64,000 nucleotides of DNA from Nitrosopumilus sp. GTDB lineage: Bacteria; Desulfobacterota; Binatia; UBA1149; SPBQ01. The notes under the pieces are model-generated. The model had not been told where the DNA came from. It saw only the letters and a program-made list of their open reading frames with translations, and did not search any database. Below are positions 1-9,553 of this stretch, in pieces. The stretch's first letter is position 1, and each line of letters begins with the position of its first letter. Location of the stretch: positions 39,452 to 103,451 of the forward strand of contig CAXQPB010000198.1 in assembly GCA_964225545.1 (NCBI GenBank). The letters run 5' to 3'. The translations under genes and the position numbers were made by a program.

Positions 1-69
1 TCACCACGGGCCGCCGGGGCCGGAAGCCACTCGAAGGCGACGGGCCGGTTCGCACTGCCGGGCAGGAAC

Positions 70-1491
70 ATGATGCCTCGCATGCTCCCCCTGCTGACCT
101 TCCTGACCACGCTGACCCTCGGCGGCTGTTCGCGCGACAGCGCTGAGCTGCCGCTCAGAACGCCGGAGGGCAACCCGCCGAACCTGTTGATCGTCTCGAT
201 CGACACGCTGCGAGCCGATCATCTCGGTGCATGGGGCTACGACCAACCGACCAGCCCGATGATCGATGAGCTCGCGGCGACAGGAGTCCGTTTCGAGCGC
301 GCACTGTCGCCCGCGTCGGAGACCGCTCCCGGAACCGCCTCGCTGCTCACCGGGCGATACGCCGACCGCCACGGCGCGTGGCACAACGTCGTCCCGCTCT
401 CGCCGGAGGCGACCACCATCGCCGAGCTCGCATCACGCGCGGGCTACCGGACGGGTGCGCTGGTCGGCAATCGTCTGCTGGCTGCCAGGTTCGGTTTCGC
501 GCAGGGCTTCGACTCCTTCCATGGTTTCTGGACCGAGAACGCCGAGGAGGCATCCGACGAGGTGGGAGTGTCGCGCGCGATCGAGTGGATCGAAGGACGC
601 GAAACCGACGCCGCCGACGCCGGCCGCCCGTGGTTCCTCTGGCTGCACCTGATGGACCCGCACGGCCCGTTCACATCCGCGGGTCCGGATTGGAGCAAGG
701 ATTTCGAGTATCCCGACGGTCGGTTCGGCGAGGACGCCGCGGTACGGCTCGCCATCGGCAACTACGGACTCGGAGTCATTCCGCGCTACCAGCAGATCGA
801 CGATCACGACCGGCTTTCCTATTATGTGCGCCGATACGACGGGGAGATTCGCTACACCGATCACCATCTCGGCCGGCTGATGCGGGCGCTGCGCGAACGC
901 CGGCTGCATCGCCGCACGCTCGTCGTATTGAGCGCCGACCACGGCGAGAGCCTGACGGGGCATCGCGAGTACCTCCAGCACGGTTGGTTCATTTACGACT
1001 CGACCGTCCGCGTCCCCCTGCTCTTCGCCCTGCCCGGCAGCCTGCCCGAGGGGGCGGTCGTCCGCGAGCCGGTGGGAACCATCGACGTCGTCCCGACGCT
1101 GGTCGAGCTGCTCGGTCTCGAAGCATCGCCGCAGGCCTTCGACGGACGCAGCCTGGCGGTCGCGCTGGCCGGCGGAAGAATCGATGCCGAACGCTCACTG
1201 TTCGGGTTCGGCGCGCGGGCGAACTACCCCTTCTCTGTCTCGCGTGGACGCTGGAAACTGATCCACACGACGGCCGGTACACCGCGTGACGCGCGGCTTT
1301 CGGTTCCGCCGGGCGGTTTCCAGAGCGCGGAGAGTGTCGAGCTCTACGACATCGTCAACGACCCAGGCGAGCTCGACAACCTTGCCGACGAGGCGCCGAA
1401 ACGCACAGACGAGATGCTCGCCGAGCTTTCCGCCTTCGAGATTCGCGTGAAGGCGTCCATCCCGGACGTCGGCCGCGCGCTGTCACGCTAG
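70..1491 (+). CDS. Sulfatase-like hydrolase (alkaline-phosphatase superfamily) lipoprotein; canonical C/S-x-P-x-R formylglycine motif not evident
   Basis: 473 aa. N-terminal signal with lipobox LTLGG|C. Sulfatase-like N-terminal region (LLIVSIDTLRADHLGAWGY ... LLTGRY) and C-terminal HGE/HREY-type block. Region aligned to CxPxR reads SPASETAPG. Confidence 0.7.
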   Translation: MMPRMLPLLTFLTTLTLGGCSRDSAELPLRTPEGNPPNLLIVSIDTLRADHLGAWGYDQPTSPMIDELAATGVRFERALSPASETAPGTASLLTGRYADRHGAWHNVVPLSPEATTIAELASRAGYRTGALVGNRLLAARFGFAQGFDSFHGFWTENAEEASDEVGVSRAIEWIEGRETDAADAGRPWFLWLHLMDPHGPFTSAGPDWSKDFEYPDGRFGEDAAVRLAIGNYGLGVIPRYQQIDDHDRLSYYVRRYDGEIRYTDHHLGRLMRALRERRLHRRTLVVLSADHGESLTGHREYLQHGWFIYDSTVRVPLLFALPGSLPEGAVVREPVGTIDVVPTLVELLGLEASPQAFDGRSLAVALAGGRIDAERSLFGFGARANYPFSVSRGRWKLIHTTAGTPRDARLSVPPGGFQSAESVELYDIVNDPGELDNLADEAPKRTDEMLAELSAFEIRVKASIPDVGRALSR

Positions 1492-1514
1492 CCCCTACAA
1501 CCCGTATAGCCCGC

Positions 1515-2363
1515 TCAGCCCGGAATGCCCGAGCCTGTAACAATCGGCGTGTTGGTCCAGCCGCCACCGGGCACCCGATAGAATCCCCCTGCGGCAAGCG
1601 CACCCCCGTCGACGTGGACCGTTGTTCCGGTCACCCAGGCCGAAAGCTTTGAAGCGAGGAACAGCACGCTGCCGGCGATGTCGTCGGGGCGACCGAAGCG
1701 GCCTGCGGGGATCCAGTACGGTTCCCGGTCACGATGCTCGGCGGGGATCCAGCGGCTGGGCTGTACCTGCTCGGTTTCGGTCGTCTCGGGAGCCACCGCG
1801 TTGACACGAATCCCCTCGGGGCCGAGCTCGAGCGCCAGGCTGCGGGTGAAACCGGTGATCGCCGACTTGAAAGCCGAGTAGACGGCGCAGCCCGGTATAC
1901 CGCGAAACGCCTCGATCGTAGTCACGTTGACGATGCTGCCGCCGCGACCGGCATCGATCATCGCAGGCAGCAACGCGTGCGTGCAGGTCAGGACGTGATC
2001 CAGGTTCACCCGATACAGAGCGTCCCAGTCCTCGTGGCGGGAATCGACGAAGCGGCCCGCCGAGAGATAATGGCCGACATTGTTGACCAGAATATCGGGC
2101 GCGCCGAGCTCGGCGAGGACGCGATCACGGAGACGATCGACGTCTTCGCGCTCACGTACGTCCGCGGGAGCGTCGAGCGCCCTGCCCCCGCGCTCTTCGA
2201 TCGCGCGCGCGACCTCGGCGGAGCGTTGCGGAACGCTGTCTACAACGGCGACCGAGGCACCATGCGCGGCGAGGCTCTCGGCGACCGCACGCCCGATCCC
2301 GGCACCGGCGCCGGTGACGACGGCAGTGCTTCCTTCCAACATGATCGTATCGCGATCCAGCAT
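1515..2363 (-). CDS. Short-chain dehydrogenase/reductase (SDR)
   Basis: TGAGAGIG Rossmann motif, NNVG and YSAFK (YxxxK) motifs. Start chosen at MLDRDTIML within the longer ORF 1515..2489. Confidence 0.75.
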   Translation of the reverse strand: MLDRDTIMLEGSTAVVTGAGAGIGRAVAESLAAHGASVAVVDSVPQRSAEVARAIEERGGRALDAPADVREREDVDRLRDRVLAELGAPDILVNNVGHYLSAGRFVDSRHEDWDALYRVNLDHVLTCTHALLPAMIDAGRGGSIVNVTTIEAFRGIPGCAVYSAFKSAITGFTRSLALELGPEGIRVNAVAPETTETEQVQPSRWIPAEHRDREPYWIPAGRFGRPDDIAGSVLFLASKLSAWVTGTTVHVDGGALAAGGFYRVPGGGWTNTPIVTGSGIPG

Positions 2364-2577
2364 GATCGTTCCTCCTCGGGTTGTGCTCGCCGGAACGGCC
2401 CCTGCGTGCCCGGTTGCGATACGCGCTCGACGAGGCAGCGGCAAGGCAGCGAGAGGACAGGGACTGGACGGGGACAGGACAGTCTGCATGGCGGGCAGTT
2501 GCGACCACGTCGCCTGGCACCTATGCTCCGTCGCCGACCGTCAAAGCGGTCGACCCCCGATGCGATCCTCCGACCCC

Positions 2578-3366
2578 ATGGATTTTTCAGGCAAAGCCGT
2601 CGTCGTTACGGGCGGCGCGCGCGGCGTCGGCCGCGGTATCACGCGCCGCTTTCTCGAACACGGCGCCGATGTGGTGATCTGCGGCCGCCACGAACCCGAC
2701 GAGCTTCCGGCTGTCGCGAACCGCCGCGCGTCCTTCGTGGCCGCCGACGTACGAGACCCCGAGCAGGTCGCCGCTGTGGTCAAAGCTACCGTCGAACGCC
2801 ACGGGCGACTCGACGTGCTGGTCAACAATGCCGGTGGAGCGCCGTTTGCCGAAGCCGCAACGGCTTCACCGCGCTTCTCGGAGAAGATCATCCAGCTCAA
2901 TCTGATCGCGCCGCTCACCTTCGCGCAGCGGGCCAATGCGGTCATGCAGTCACAGGAAAGCGGCGGCGTCATAATCAATATCGCGAGCGTCAGCGCGGTG
3001 AGGCCATCGCCGGGGACGGCTGCATACGGCGCCGCGAAGGCCGGTCTGCTGAGCCTCACGCAGAGCCTCGCGGTCGAATGGGCGCCCAAGGTGCGCGTCA
3101 CCGCGGTCACGGCGGGAATGGTGAAGACCGAGCAGGCCCACCTGCATTACGGCGACGACGACGGAATCGCCGCTGTCTCGGCGACCGTTCCACTCGGGCG
3201 GCTCGCCGAGCCTGACGACGTCGGCGACGCATGTCTGTTTCTGGCCTCACCGCTGGCGTCCTATGTCAGCGGCGCGGACCTGCTGCTGCACGGCGGCGGT
3301 GAGCGTCCCGCGTTTCTCGACGCGGCGATCAACGCAACTCACGAGAACAGCAAAAAGGGAGATTAG
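2578..3366 (+). CDS. Short-chain dehydrogenase/reductase (SDR)
   Basis: MDFSGKAVVVTGGARGVG, NNAGG, YGAAK motifs. ATG at 2578 inside the longer ORF 2080..3366. Divergent from the SDR at 1515..2363. Confidence 0.75.
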   Translation: MDFSGKAVVVTGGARGVGRGITRRFLEHGADVVICGRHEPDELPAVANRRASFVAADVRDPEQVAAVVKATVERHGRLDVLVNNAGGAPFAEAATASPRFSEKIIQLNLIAPLTFAQRANAVMQSQESGGVIINIASVSAVRPSPGTAAYGAAKAGLLSLTQSLAVEWAPKVRVTAVTAGMVKTEQAHLHYGDDDGIAAVSATVPLGRLAEPDDVGDACLFLASPLASYVSGADLLLHGGGERPAFLDAAINATHENSKKGD

Positions 3367-3371
3367 AAAAG

Positions 3372-3830
3372 ATGGCGACCGTGATCGGATCACCGGCAGA
3401 GCTGCCGGAAATGGTGGGGAAACACCTCGGCTACAGCGACTGGCTCGACATAGACCAGGAACGCGTGAACCTGTTTGCAGACGCGACCGGGGATCATCAG
3501 TGGATCCATATCGACCCCGAGGCTGCGAAGTCGGGACCGTTCGGGACCACGATCGCACACGGCTACCTGACACTGTCTCTCATCAGTTACTTCCTGCCCC
3601 GCATCGTACGCGTGGAGAATGTCTCCATGGGCGTGAACTACGGATGCGACAAGGTCCGATTCCCGGCCCCGGTCCCCGTCGGCTCGAAGATTCGTGCAGG
3701 CGCCGAGCTCGTCAAGGTCGATGAGATCAAAGGGTCCTACCAGGCCATCATCCGGGTATCGATCGAGGTGGAGGGAAACGACCGGCCCTCATGCGTGGCC
3801 GACACCATCAGCCGTTTCTTCCCGGCGTGA
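3372..3830 (+). CDS. MaoC-like (R)-specific enoyl-CoA hydratase, hot-dog fold
   Basis: 152 aa. Hot-dog/MaoC signature (DATGDHQWIHIDPEAA...TIAHGYLTLS). Starts 6 nt after the SDR stop. Confidence 0.75.
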   Translation: MATVIGSPAELPEMVGKHLGYSDWLDIDQERVNLFADATGDHQWIHIDPEAAKSGPFGTTIAHGYLTLSLISYFLPRIVRVENVSMGVNYGCDKVRFPAPVPVGSKIRAGAELVKVDEIKGSYQAIIRVSIEVEGNDRPSCVADTISRFFPA

Positions 3831-4350
3831 GGCGGAGTCGGTCGAACGAATTCCAGCTGCCGTTCCGCGCAACGCTCCTGAACCGGCAGCCCTGACAATA
3901 CGCAGCCCCGCGGCCGGTGGACGAAACCGACCGCGAGGCAAGGCCGGGTCCACGTCACCGCCGTCCGAACGAACGCGACGCATCGACTCCGGCCTGGCAA
4001 GCTCGCATCGGTTGGACCGCACGGACCAACCGTTTTGCGAGCAAACCTCGAGCCGGAAGCAGGGCTCGAGGTCCGAGCAAGTGCTCGTTGCCGAAAACCA
4101 CCAACCTTTGTCGGGCTGCCTTCGGTCGTCTCGCTGTGCGCGGCCGATATGCGGCACGGGCGAGCGACATTCTTGATGCCTCACTACGGCATCATACGAA
4201 GCGATAACGCGGCTACGCGAACCTCGTCAATGACGAAAAGAGCAAGTCGTCGAGTTTAACGACCGTTATTCGTGTTTTGTACTGAAAACCCCGAGTGGAA
4301 AACCCTCGAAGGGAAGCCTGTCGAAGTCATGGGTCGGAGCTGCACGACCT

Positions 4351-4728
4351 TCAGACAGGGTCGGTCGCGTAGAGCACGGATCGCTCGAGCGCATTCTCTC
4401 GAAGGTGGGCGATCGCCTGATATTGGTCCGATTCGACCATTTTGAGGAAGTCTCCGCGGCTCGGGTAACGGACCAGAACGATCATGTCCCAGTCCTGCCC
4501 TCCGAGCAGCGACTCCGCCGCCATCGCCTGGTACTCGATGCTTCCACCGACAGCTTCGATGAGTGGCTGGACGGATTGACCGTATTGAATGTAGCTCCGC
4601 AGGCCGCCGTCCGGTTTGAACTTCAGCATGTTGAGCATCACGACGGGCCAGTCCACGCTGCGCGCAGCGAAGGCAGCGAGAACGTCCGGCGAAAGCTCCG
4701 CCGCAGGTTCTCGTTTTGTTTCGCTCAT
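4351..4728 (-). CDS. DUF1330 family protein
   Basis: 125 aa starting MSETKRE. Length and sequence character fit DUF1330. ATG overlaps the stop of the upstream DUF1329 gene (ATGA). Confidence 0.55.
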   Translation of the reverse strand: MSETKREPAAELSPDVLAAFAARSVDWPVVMLNMLKFKPDGGLRSYIQYGQSVQPLIEAVGGSIEYQAMAAESLLGGQDWDMIVLVRYPSRGDFLKMVESDQYQAIAHLRENALERSVLYATDPV

Positions 4729-6044
4729 CGCCCGCCCGCGATCAGTGACTGAACGCTGTACCAGTCCTCGGCGACCGACGAAGGGTGATCGAACCCGAGA
4801 TCCAGATACCAGCCCGGCTCGTTCTGGAAGGCCAGCCCGGGAATCGCCACGCGCGTGCTGTGCTGCAGCTGGATATCGATCACCGAGTACGCGTAGGCGA
4901 ACATACGCTCCTCCGGGTACTCGAAGTCGACTTTGGGGTTGGGCCGGTTCGACACTCGGAAACTCAGGATGACCGTCTTCCACAGCTCGCCGCCGGGATC
5001 GTAGAGGTCGGAATACGGAATGATGTTCGCCTCTTTGTCGACATAGATCACGCGCTTGGAGAACGCGTATTTCGGGGACTTCGACTTGCCTTCGACAATG
5101 TAGACCGAGGGCCGCATCTCCCACGGTTCACAGAACGTCATGCCGCCATCCGACTTGCACGGCTCCGGAGGCAGTCTCTTGCCATGCAGGGAGGCGAGCA
5201 TCGGCTTCTCGCCGAGCAGCTTCCACTCGAACCAGGGAATCTGCCCCGCGTAGCCACCGTAGCTGTCTACATCGATATCCTGTCCGAAGAGCGCGTCACT
5301 TCGCTGGGTCGTTGACATACGACGAACACGGCGCGCGAAAGGAAGATACAGCCAGGTGTCATCGTGCTTGGCCTGGTCGAGATAACGGAAACTGATACCG
5401 CCGACGCCCTTGAGGTCGAACGGCTCGATCAGCGGATACAGGCCGGCCTTGTAGAAGACCTCATCCTTGTTCGGTTCGATGCTGGGCTTGGGATCGTTGC
5501 GAAGCCGTCCCTGGAAGCGAAGCACGCGGAACCATTCAGGGATGAAGTGCCGCTCGACGGAATACATGGGGTTGCCCTCGGAGTCGGTTTCCATCGCTCC
5601 GGTGTCGGCGTCCATCAGGTTCAGATCCAGCGTCTCCGTGAAGTAGTGGGTACGCTGGAAGTTGTACATGATCTTGGTGGCCGCATGCGGGTCGTTCGAA
5701 TCGATGTCCGGGAACGGGAGACCTGCGATCCAGTTTTCGAGCTCGGCGTTCTCTCCGAGCTTGACCTGCGCGGAGTACTTCTCGGTCGCCTCCTGGTAGT
5801 CGGCAGGCACAGAGATCTTTCCATACGGTACGATCTCCATGTCCATTCCGTTCTCAACGCACCACAGGACCCCCTCGGGGACGAGTCCGCGAACCTTCTC
5901 GAGGTTCTTCTTGGTGATGATCTCGCCGGGTTTCACCTCGGCGGATGCAGCGTACGGCGCGATGTGAAACGCGAGCGAAAAGAACGTGACAGCGAAAAGC
6001 GAAACGCGCAGGTGCGCACCAAAAGAACGAATCTCGGGTAACAC
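4725..6044 (-). CDS. DUF1329 family secreted protein (family linked to outer-membrane lipid/hydrophobic-substrate uptake)
   Basis: 439 aa. GTG start with GGAGGG RBS. Signal peptide ending AASA|EV. N-terminal block IITKKNLEKVRGLVPEGVLWCVENGMDMEIVPYG resembles the DUF1329 N-terminus as I recall it. Confidence 0.6.
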   Translation of the reverse strand: MLPEIRSFGAHLRVSLFAVTFFSLAFHIAPYAASAEVKPGEIITKKNLEKVRGLVPEGVLWCVENGMDMEIVPYGKISVPADYQEATEKYSAQVKLGENAELENWIAGLPFPDIDSNDPHAATKIMYNFQRTHYFTETLDLNLMDADTGAMETDSEGNPMYSVERHFIPEWFRVLRFQGRLRNDPKPSIEPNKDEVFYKAGLYPLIEPFDLKGVGGISFRYLDQAKHDDTWLYLPFARRVRRMSTTQRSDALFGQDIDVDSYGGYAGQIPWFEWKLLGEKPMLASLHGKRLPPEPCKSDGGMTFCEPWEMRPSVYIVEGKSKSPKYAFSKRVIYVDKEANIIPYSDLYDPGGELWKTVILSFRVSNRPNPKVDFEYPEERMFAYAYSVIDIQLQHSTRVAIPGLAFQNEPGWYLDLGFDHPSSVAEDWYSVQSLIAGGR

Positions 6045-6204
6045 GAAGCGATCCCTCCAGACCGGGCGCCCCTTGTGCAGAAGGATCAGGCGGGCAAACC
6101 GGCATACATCGTTTTAGTCCATGTTCGGGTTCGACGCCACCACGAGTCGTATCCGACACAGACAGCACTTGCACTGATTTTCCTGGGCTGAAAAAAAGCC
6201 CGTC

Positions 6205-7029
6205 ATGACCGATGAAAAGAAACGCGAGACCGTTCTAGAAACGATCGAGGGCGGAGTGCTCACCGTGACCCTGAACCGCCCTCGTCACAAGAACGCCTTC
6301 AATGCCGCGATGTGGCGGGACGCCCGGGAAAGCCTTGAGGACGCGCTTGCCGACGATCGCGTCCGAGCCGTGGTCATCACGGGCGCCGGGGGAGCCTTCT
6401 CGGCCGGTCAGGACCTCGCAGAGATGAGCAACCTTTCACCGGGCTCCGACTCCGACGACGCATCGGGTCAAGACAACGGTTTTTCACTCTTCATGGATGT
6501 GCTCTGCGACTTCGACAAGCCGCTGATCGCGGCGGTCAACGGGGTCGGGGTCGGCATCGGGATCACACTGCTGCTTCATTGCGACTACGCCTGCATCGCT
6601 CGTGGCTCGCGCCTCCGGGCGCCATTCGTGACCCTCGGCGTGGTTCCGGAAGCCGCGAGCAGTTACCTGTTCCCCGCAGTCATCGGTTATCGCAACGCGA
6701 TCGACCTTCTGTTCGAATCCGATTTCATCAGCGCGGAACGATCCGTCGAGCTCGGGATCGCGACCGACCTGTGCGAGCCCGAAGAAGTGCTGGCCGTTGC
6801 AAGCCGCCGCGCCCAACACCTCGCCGCGAAGCCGCTCGGCTCGCTTCGACACACGAAACGACTGGTTCTGGCGACTCGGCGCGAACAGGTCGATGCAGCA
6901 CGGCGACGAGAGGACGCCGCCTTCGTCGGTCGCATCGGCAGCGCCGAGAACATCGAAGCGGTAACCGCGTTCTTCGAGAAGCGCGACCCGGATTTCAGCG
7001 AGGTACCCCCGCACGATCGCGAACCCTGA
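6205..7029 (+). CDS. Enoyl-CoA hydratase/isomerase (crotonase family)
   Basis: 274 aa with crotonase-fold signature (VVITGAGGAFSAGQDL ... AAVNGVGVGIGITLLLHCD). An unusual Asp/Ser-rich insertion follows SAGQDL. Confidence 0.8.
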   Translation: MTDEKKRETVLETIEGGVLTVTLNRPRHKNAFNAAMWRDARESLEDALADDRVRAVVITGAGGAFSAGQDLAEMSNLSPGSDSDDASGQDNGFSLFMDVLCDFDKPLIAAVNGVGVGIGITLLLHCDYACIARGSRLRAPFVTLGVVPEAASSYLFPAVIGYRNAIDLLFESDFISAERSVELGIATDLCEPEEVLAVASRRAQHLAAKPLGSLRHTKRLVLATRREQVDAARRREDAAFVGRIGSAENIEAVTAFFEKRDPDFSEVPPHDREP

Positions 7030-7080
7030 GCCGGGACAGCCGACCGATCCGCGCAACGCGGACGGGCGCTCGGTCGGCGC

Positions 7081-9024
7081 TCAGGTCGCGCCGGCGACAG
7101 CGGGGATACAAACGCGGAATGTCTTGCTGGCCCGGAGGCTCTTCGGGCCGAACGCATCCCGAACGTAAAGATCAGCTCCGGCGAACTTGTCCTGTTTCGG
7201 TGTCGTCTTCGCGTCCTTGACCTTGAAGCACTGCAGGAACTCGTTCGGTTCGCTCGGCTCGATCCCGTTCACCGCGACCGGCACGCAGAAAGCACTTGGT
7301 CCGATTACCACAGTCTGCTTCTGCTCGAAGTCATCCACGAGTGTGACGGTGCGGCGCTCCAGCTTCGGCGAACCCGCAGCGCGTTTGGCACGGTAGCACT
7401 TGAATGCGTCGAGCAATCCGGAAGCCAGCGCCGGCGGCGCCCCTGATGCCGAACTCGACGACGGCATACAAAGCGTCTCCGGTTTGAGGATCTGCAGAGA
7501 CTCGCTGCCGAATGCATGAGAGATCTGCACCGATGTCGCCTGGAACTTCGGCTGCGGCGCAGCCGTGGTCGAATCCTTGATCTTGTAACAGACCGCGTGC
7601 GCCTCCGGGATGGCCGCCTCGACGCCGTCGCGCGATGCCGGATTGCCGACCGCATGGACCTTGGAAACATGGGTCGATCGCGAGTCCAGAGCATCGATCA
7701 GTTCGACATCGGTGGGTACGAACGGCTCCCCGATCCGGCCGCGCTTGGCGCGGTAGAATTTGAAGACGTCGAGGGTGCAGGCTTGTGCATCGGACAGGCA
7801 GACGCCGACGTCGCACTGCTCGGTGGTACAACCGATCTCATCGGAGCACGGGGTCCCTGTCAGGGGCGTGCAATCGCTCGGCGCCCCCTGGTCGCATGAA
7901 TGACATTCCTCGACAGAGCAGACAGACGAACATCCGTCACCGGCTGCACCGTTCCCGTCATCACAGCTCTCGTTGCCCTCGACGACACCGTCACCGCATT
8001 GTGCGCCCCAGCCGATGTCCGCAAGGAGTTGTCCGGTCAGTAGAATCTCGGACTGCGGGGAAGCGAACGGTTCCATGAGCTCGTCCGTGCCGCCCGCCGA
8101 GAAGGCGGTGTCGAAGTGGGAAACCGACGATCCGCTGCGCACCGGGTCAGGCGCATACATACGAACCTTCCCGTCGGTCAGACCTGATGTGAGAATTCCT
8201 GACCCGGCGGTCACGGCGGCGCCCGACCATACGAGGTTGCCGGAATCAACAACGGACGCGGCCCGCTGCTGGTTGCTCATCTCCTCCCAACCGAGACCGC
8301 TGTCCGCATCGCTGAGGTTTCGCGCGTAGCTGTCGATCAGATCGAAAAACAGCGCCCCGGTCGACGGATCGACGAGCGAGGTGAACCCGATCCCGTGTGC
8401 GATCTCGTGCAGCACGGTGCGGTAGAACGAGATCGTTCCAGAAGGCCCTTCCTCGGGCCCGACGCTGTAGTACCAGTTCGCGCCTTGCAGACAGGAGTCG
8501 TTGTTATCGATACTCTCGTTGAAGGCGGCCTGCAGATCGGACGTGTTCGACATGAGGTCAGTATTCGCCAAGCGGTTCGCGAGCGCGGCCGGATACCACG
8601 TCGAGGCGTGAGGCGCATCGACGCCGCCCGCTGCCGGCACCCAGTCGCGGGCGACGGTCCGTACGCTCGCGCCGCCGAGCACCGCCGAGCCGGCGTTGCA
8701 GCTCATCGCGACCATCTGGACGTCCATCGAGACAGGGATATTGCTGTCCAGACGAGTTCCCCACTCGTTCGCAGCCGCCTCCATCGACGCCTTGCGCTGC
8801 TGTCCGAGCGTGTCGCCCGGCGCCGTCGAGCTCGGGTCGGCAGGCAACTCAGAAGCGAAACCGTCTGTCGGGTTGACGTAAAGAACCGACACATCAGCTG
8901 CACTGGCGATATCAACACCGTGGAGCAACCCGATACTCACCACGACCGGCCAGGCCGCCGCACGCAAAGCCGGCGGTCGGCTGCGGCGAACCGGAACTGA
9001 ACACCTCTCGCGCGCGGCCATCAT
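7081..9024 (-). CDS. Secreted HExxH zinc-metallopeptidase-like protein with Myxococcus-type Cys-rich repeat and four C-terminal ~48-aa repeats
   Basis: 647 aa with signal peptide. Motif VLHEIAHGIGF (HExxHxxGF). CGDGVVEGNESCDDGN matches the Myxococcus cysteine-rich repeat pattern. Four repeats of F/C-Y/F-K/R-x-K...PKF...C-x-P. ATG overlaps the stop of the upstream small gene (ATGA). Confidence 0.6.
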   Translation of the reverse strand: MMAARERCSVPVRRSRPPALRAAAWPVVVSIGLLHGVDIASAADVSVLYVNPTDGFASELPADPSSTAPGDTLGQQRKASMEAAANEWGTRLDSNIPVSMDVQMVAMSCNAGSAVLGGASVRTVARDWVPAAGGVDAPHASTWYPAALANRLANTDLMSNTSDLQAAFNESIDNNDSCLQGANWYYSVGPEEGPSGTISFYRTVLHEIAHGIGFTSLVDPSTGALFFDLIDSYARNLSDADSGLGWEEMSNQQRAASVVDSGNLVWSGAAVTAGSGILTSGLTDGKVRMYAPDPVRSGSSVSHFDTAFSAGGTDELMEPFASPQSEILLTGQLLADIGWGAQCGDGVVEGNESCDDGNGAAGDGCSSVCSVEECHSCDQGAPSDCTPLTGTPCSDEIGCTTEQCDVGVCLSDAQACTLDVFKFYRAKRGRIGEPFVPTDVELIDALDSRSTHVSKVHAVGNPASRDGVEAAIPEAHAVCYKIKDSTTAAPQPKFQATSVQISHAFGSESLQILKPETLCMPSSSSASGAPPALASGLLDAFKCYRAKRAAGSPKLERRTVTLVDDFEQKQTVVIGPSAFCVPVAVNGIEPSEPNEFLQCFKVKDAKTTPKQDKFAGADLYVRDAFGPKSLRASKTFRVCIPAVAGAT

Positions 9025-9461
9025 TGCGACGCGCCTGACGCGACCGGGTCGGCGCAGTGGGTCTTCAAGCGTCCGTCCGGTGCAATCGTGGCGGTCGCGA
9101 GGTGTCCGAAGCGCCCCTGAAGATCGACGACCACCGCGTCGCTTCGACGCGACACTGTCAGACCGGCCGACGATGTACTGAGCATTTCGATCTCAAGCGG
9201 GCTCAGCGTCAGCGATTCGCCTTCCGGCTTCTCGGCCGTCAACTCTCCGGTGCCCCTGTCGAGGTACAGCGGCGAGTCGCCGGCCAGGAGCTGTGCACAG
9301 GCAGCCTGGCCCGGGGCCAGAACAGACGGCAGAGCCGGCAGTGCGAACAGGGCGAGCAGAGTGAGCAGGGAGATCTTCAGCGCGGAGCGAAGAAAGCCTG
9401 AAACTGAGTTACCAATCCCACGCAGCTTCGACTGCGGCGCGGACCCAACGCGATACTTCAT
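9021..9461 (-). CDS. Small secreted protein of unknown function, translationally coupled to the metalloprotease-like gene
   Basis: Start at MKYRVGS preceded by a G-rich RBS. Long signal with hydrophobic core LLTLLALFALPALPSVLA. No recognisable domain. Confidence 0.5.
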   Translation of the reverse strand: MKYRVGSAPQSKLRGIGNSVSGFLRSALKISLLTLLALFALPALPSVLAPGQAACAQLLAGDSPLYLDRGTGELTAEKPEGESLTLSPLEIEMLSTSSAGLTVSRRSDAVVVDLQGRFGHLATATIAPDGRLKTHCADPVASGASQ

Positions 9462-9553
9462 TCGACGTTCCCCCCCCGGAACCAATGAATAGCATGTGAC
9501 CATACGAGTCCGCGGGGGCTCGAATCCAGAGACTTTTTCAACAATTCGGAACC

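Noticed and set aside
1734-3215. Long Arg/Gly/Ala-rich ORFs on the strand or frame opposite to well-supported genes (for example 1734..3215 +, 378..1289 +, 43606..45543 +, 55838..57793 -, 47417..48577 -)
   Set aside because: Typical high-GC shadow ORFs. They overlap genes with clear domain signatures and have biased Arg/Pro/Gly composition, no RBS and no motifs.
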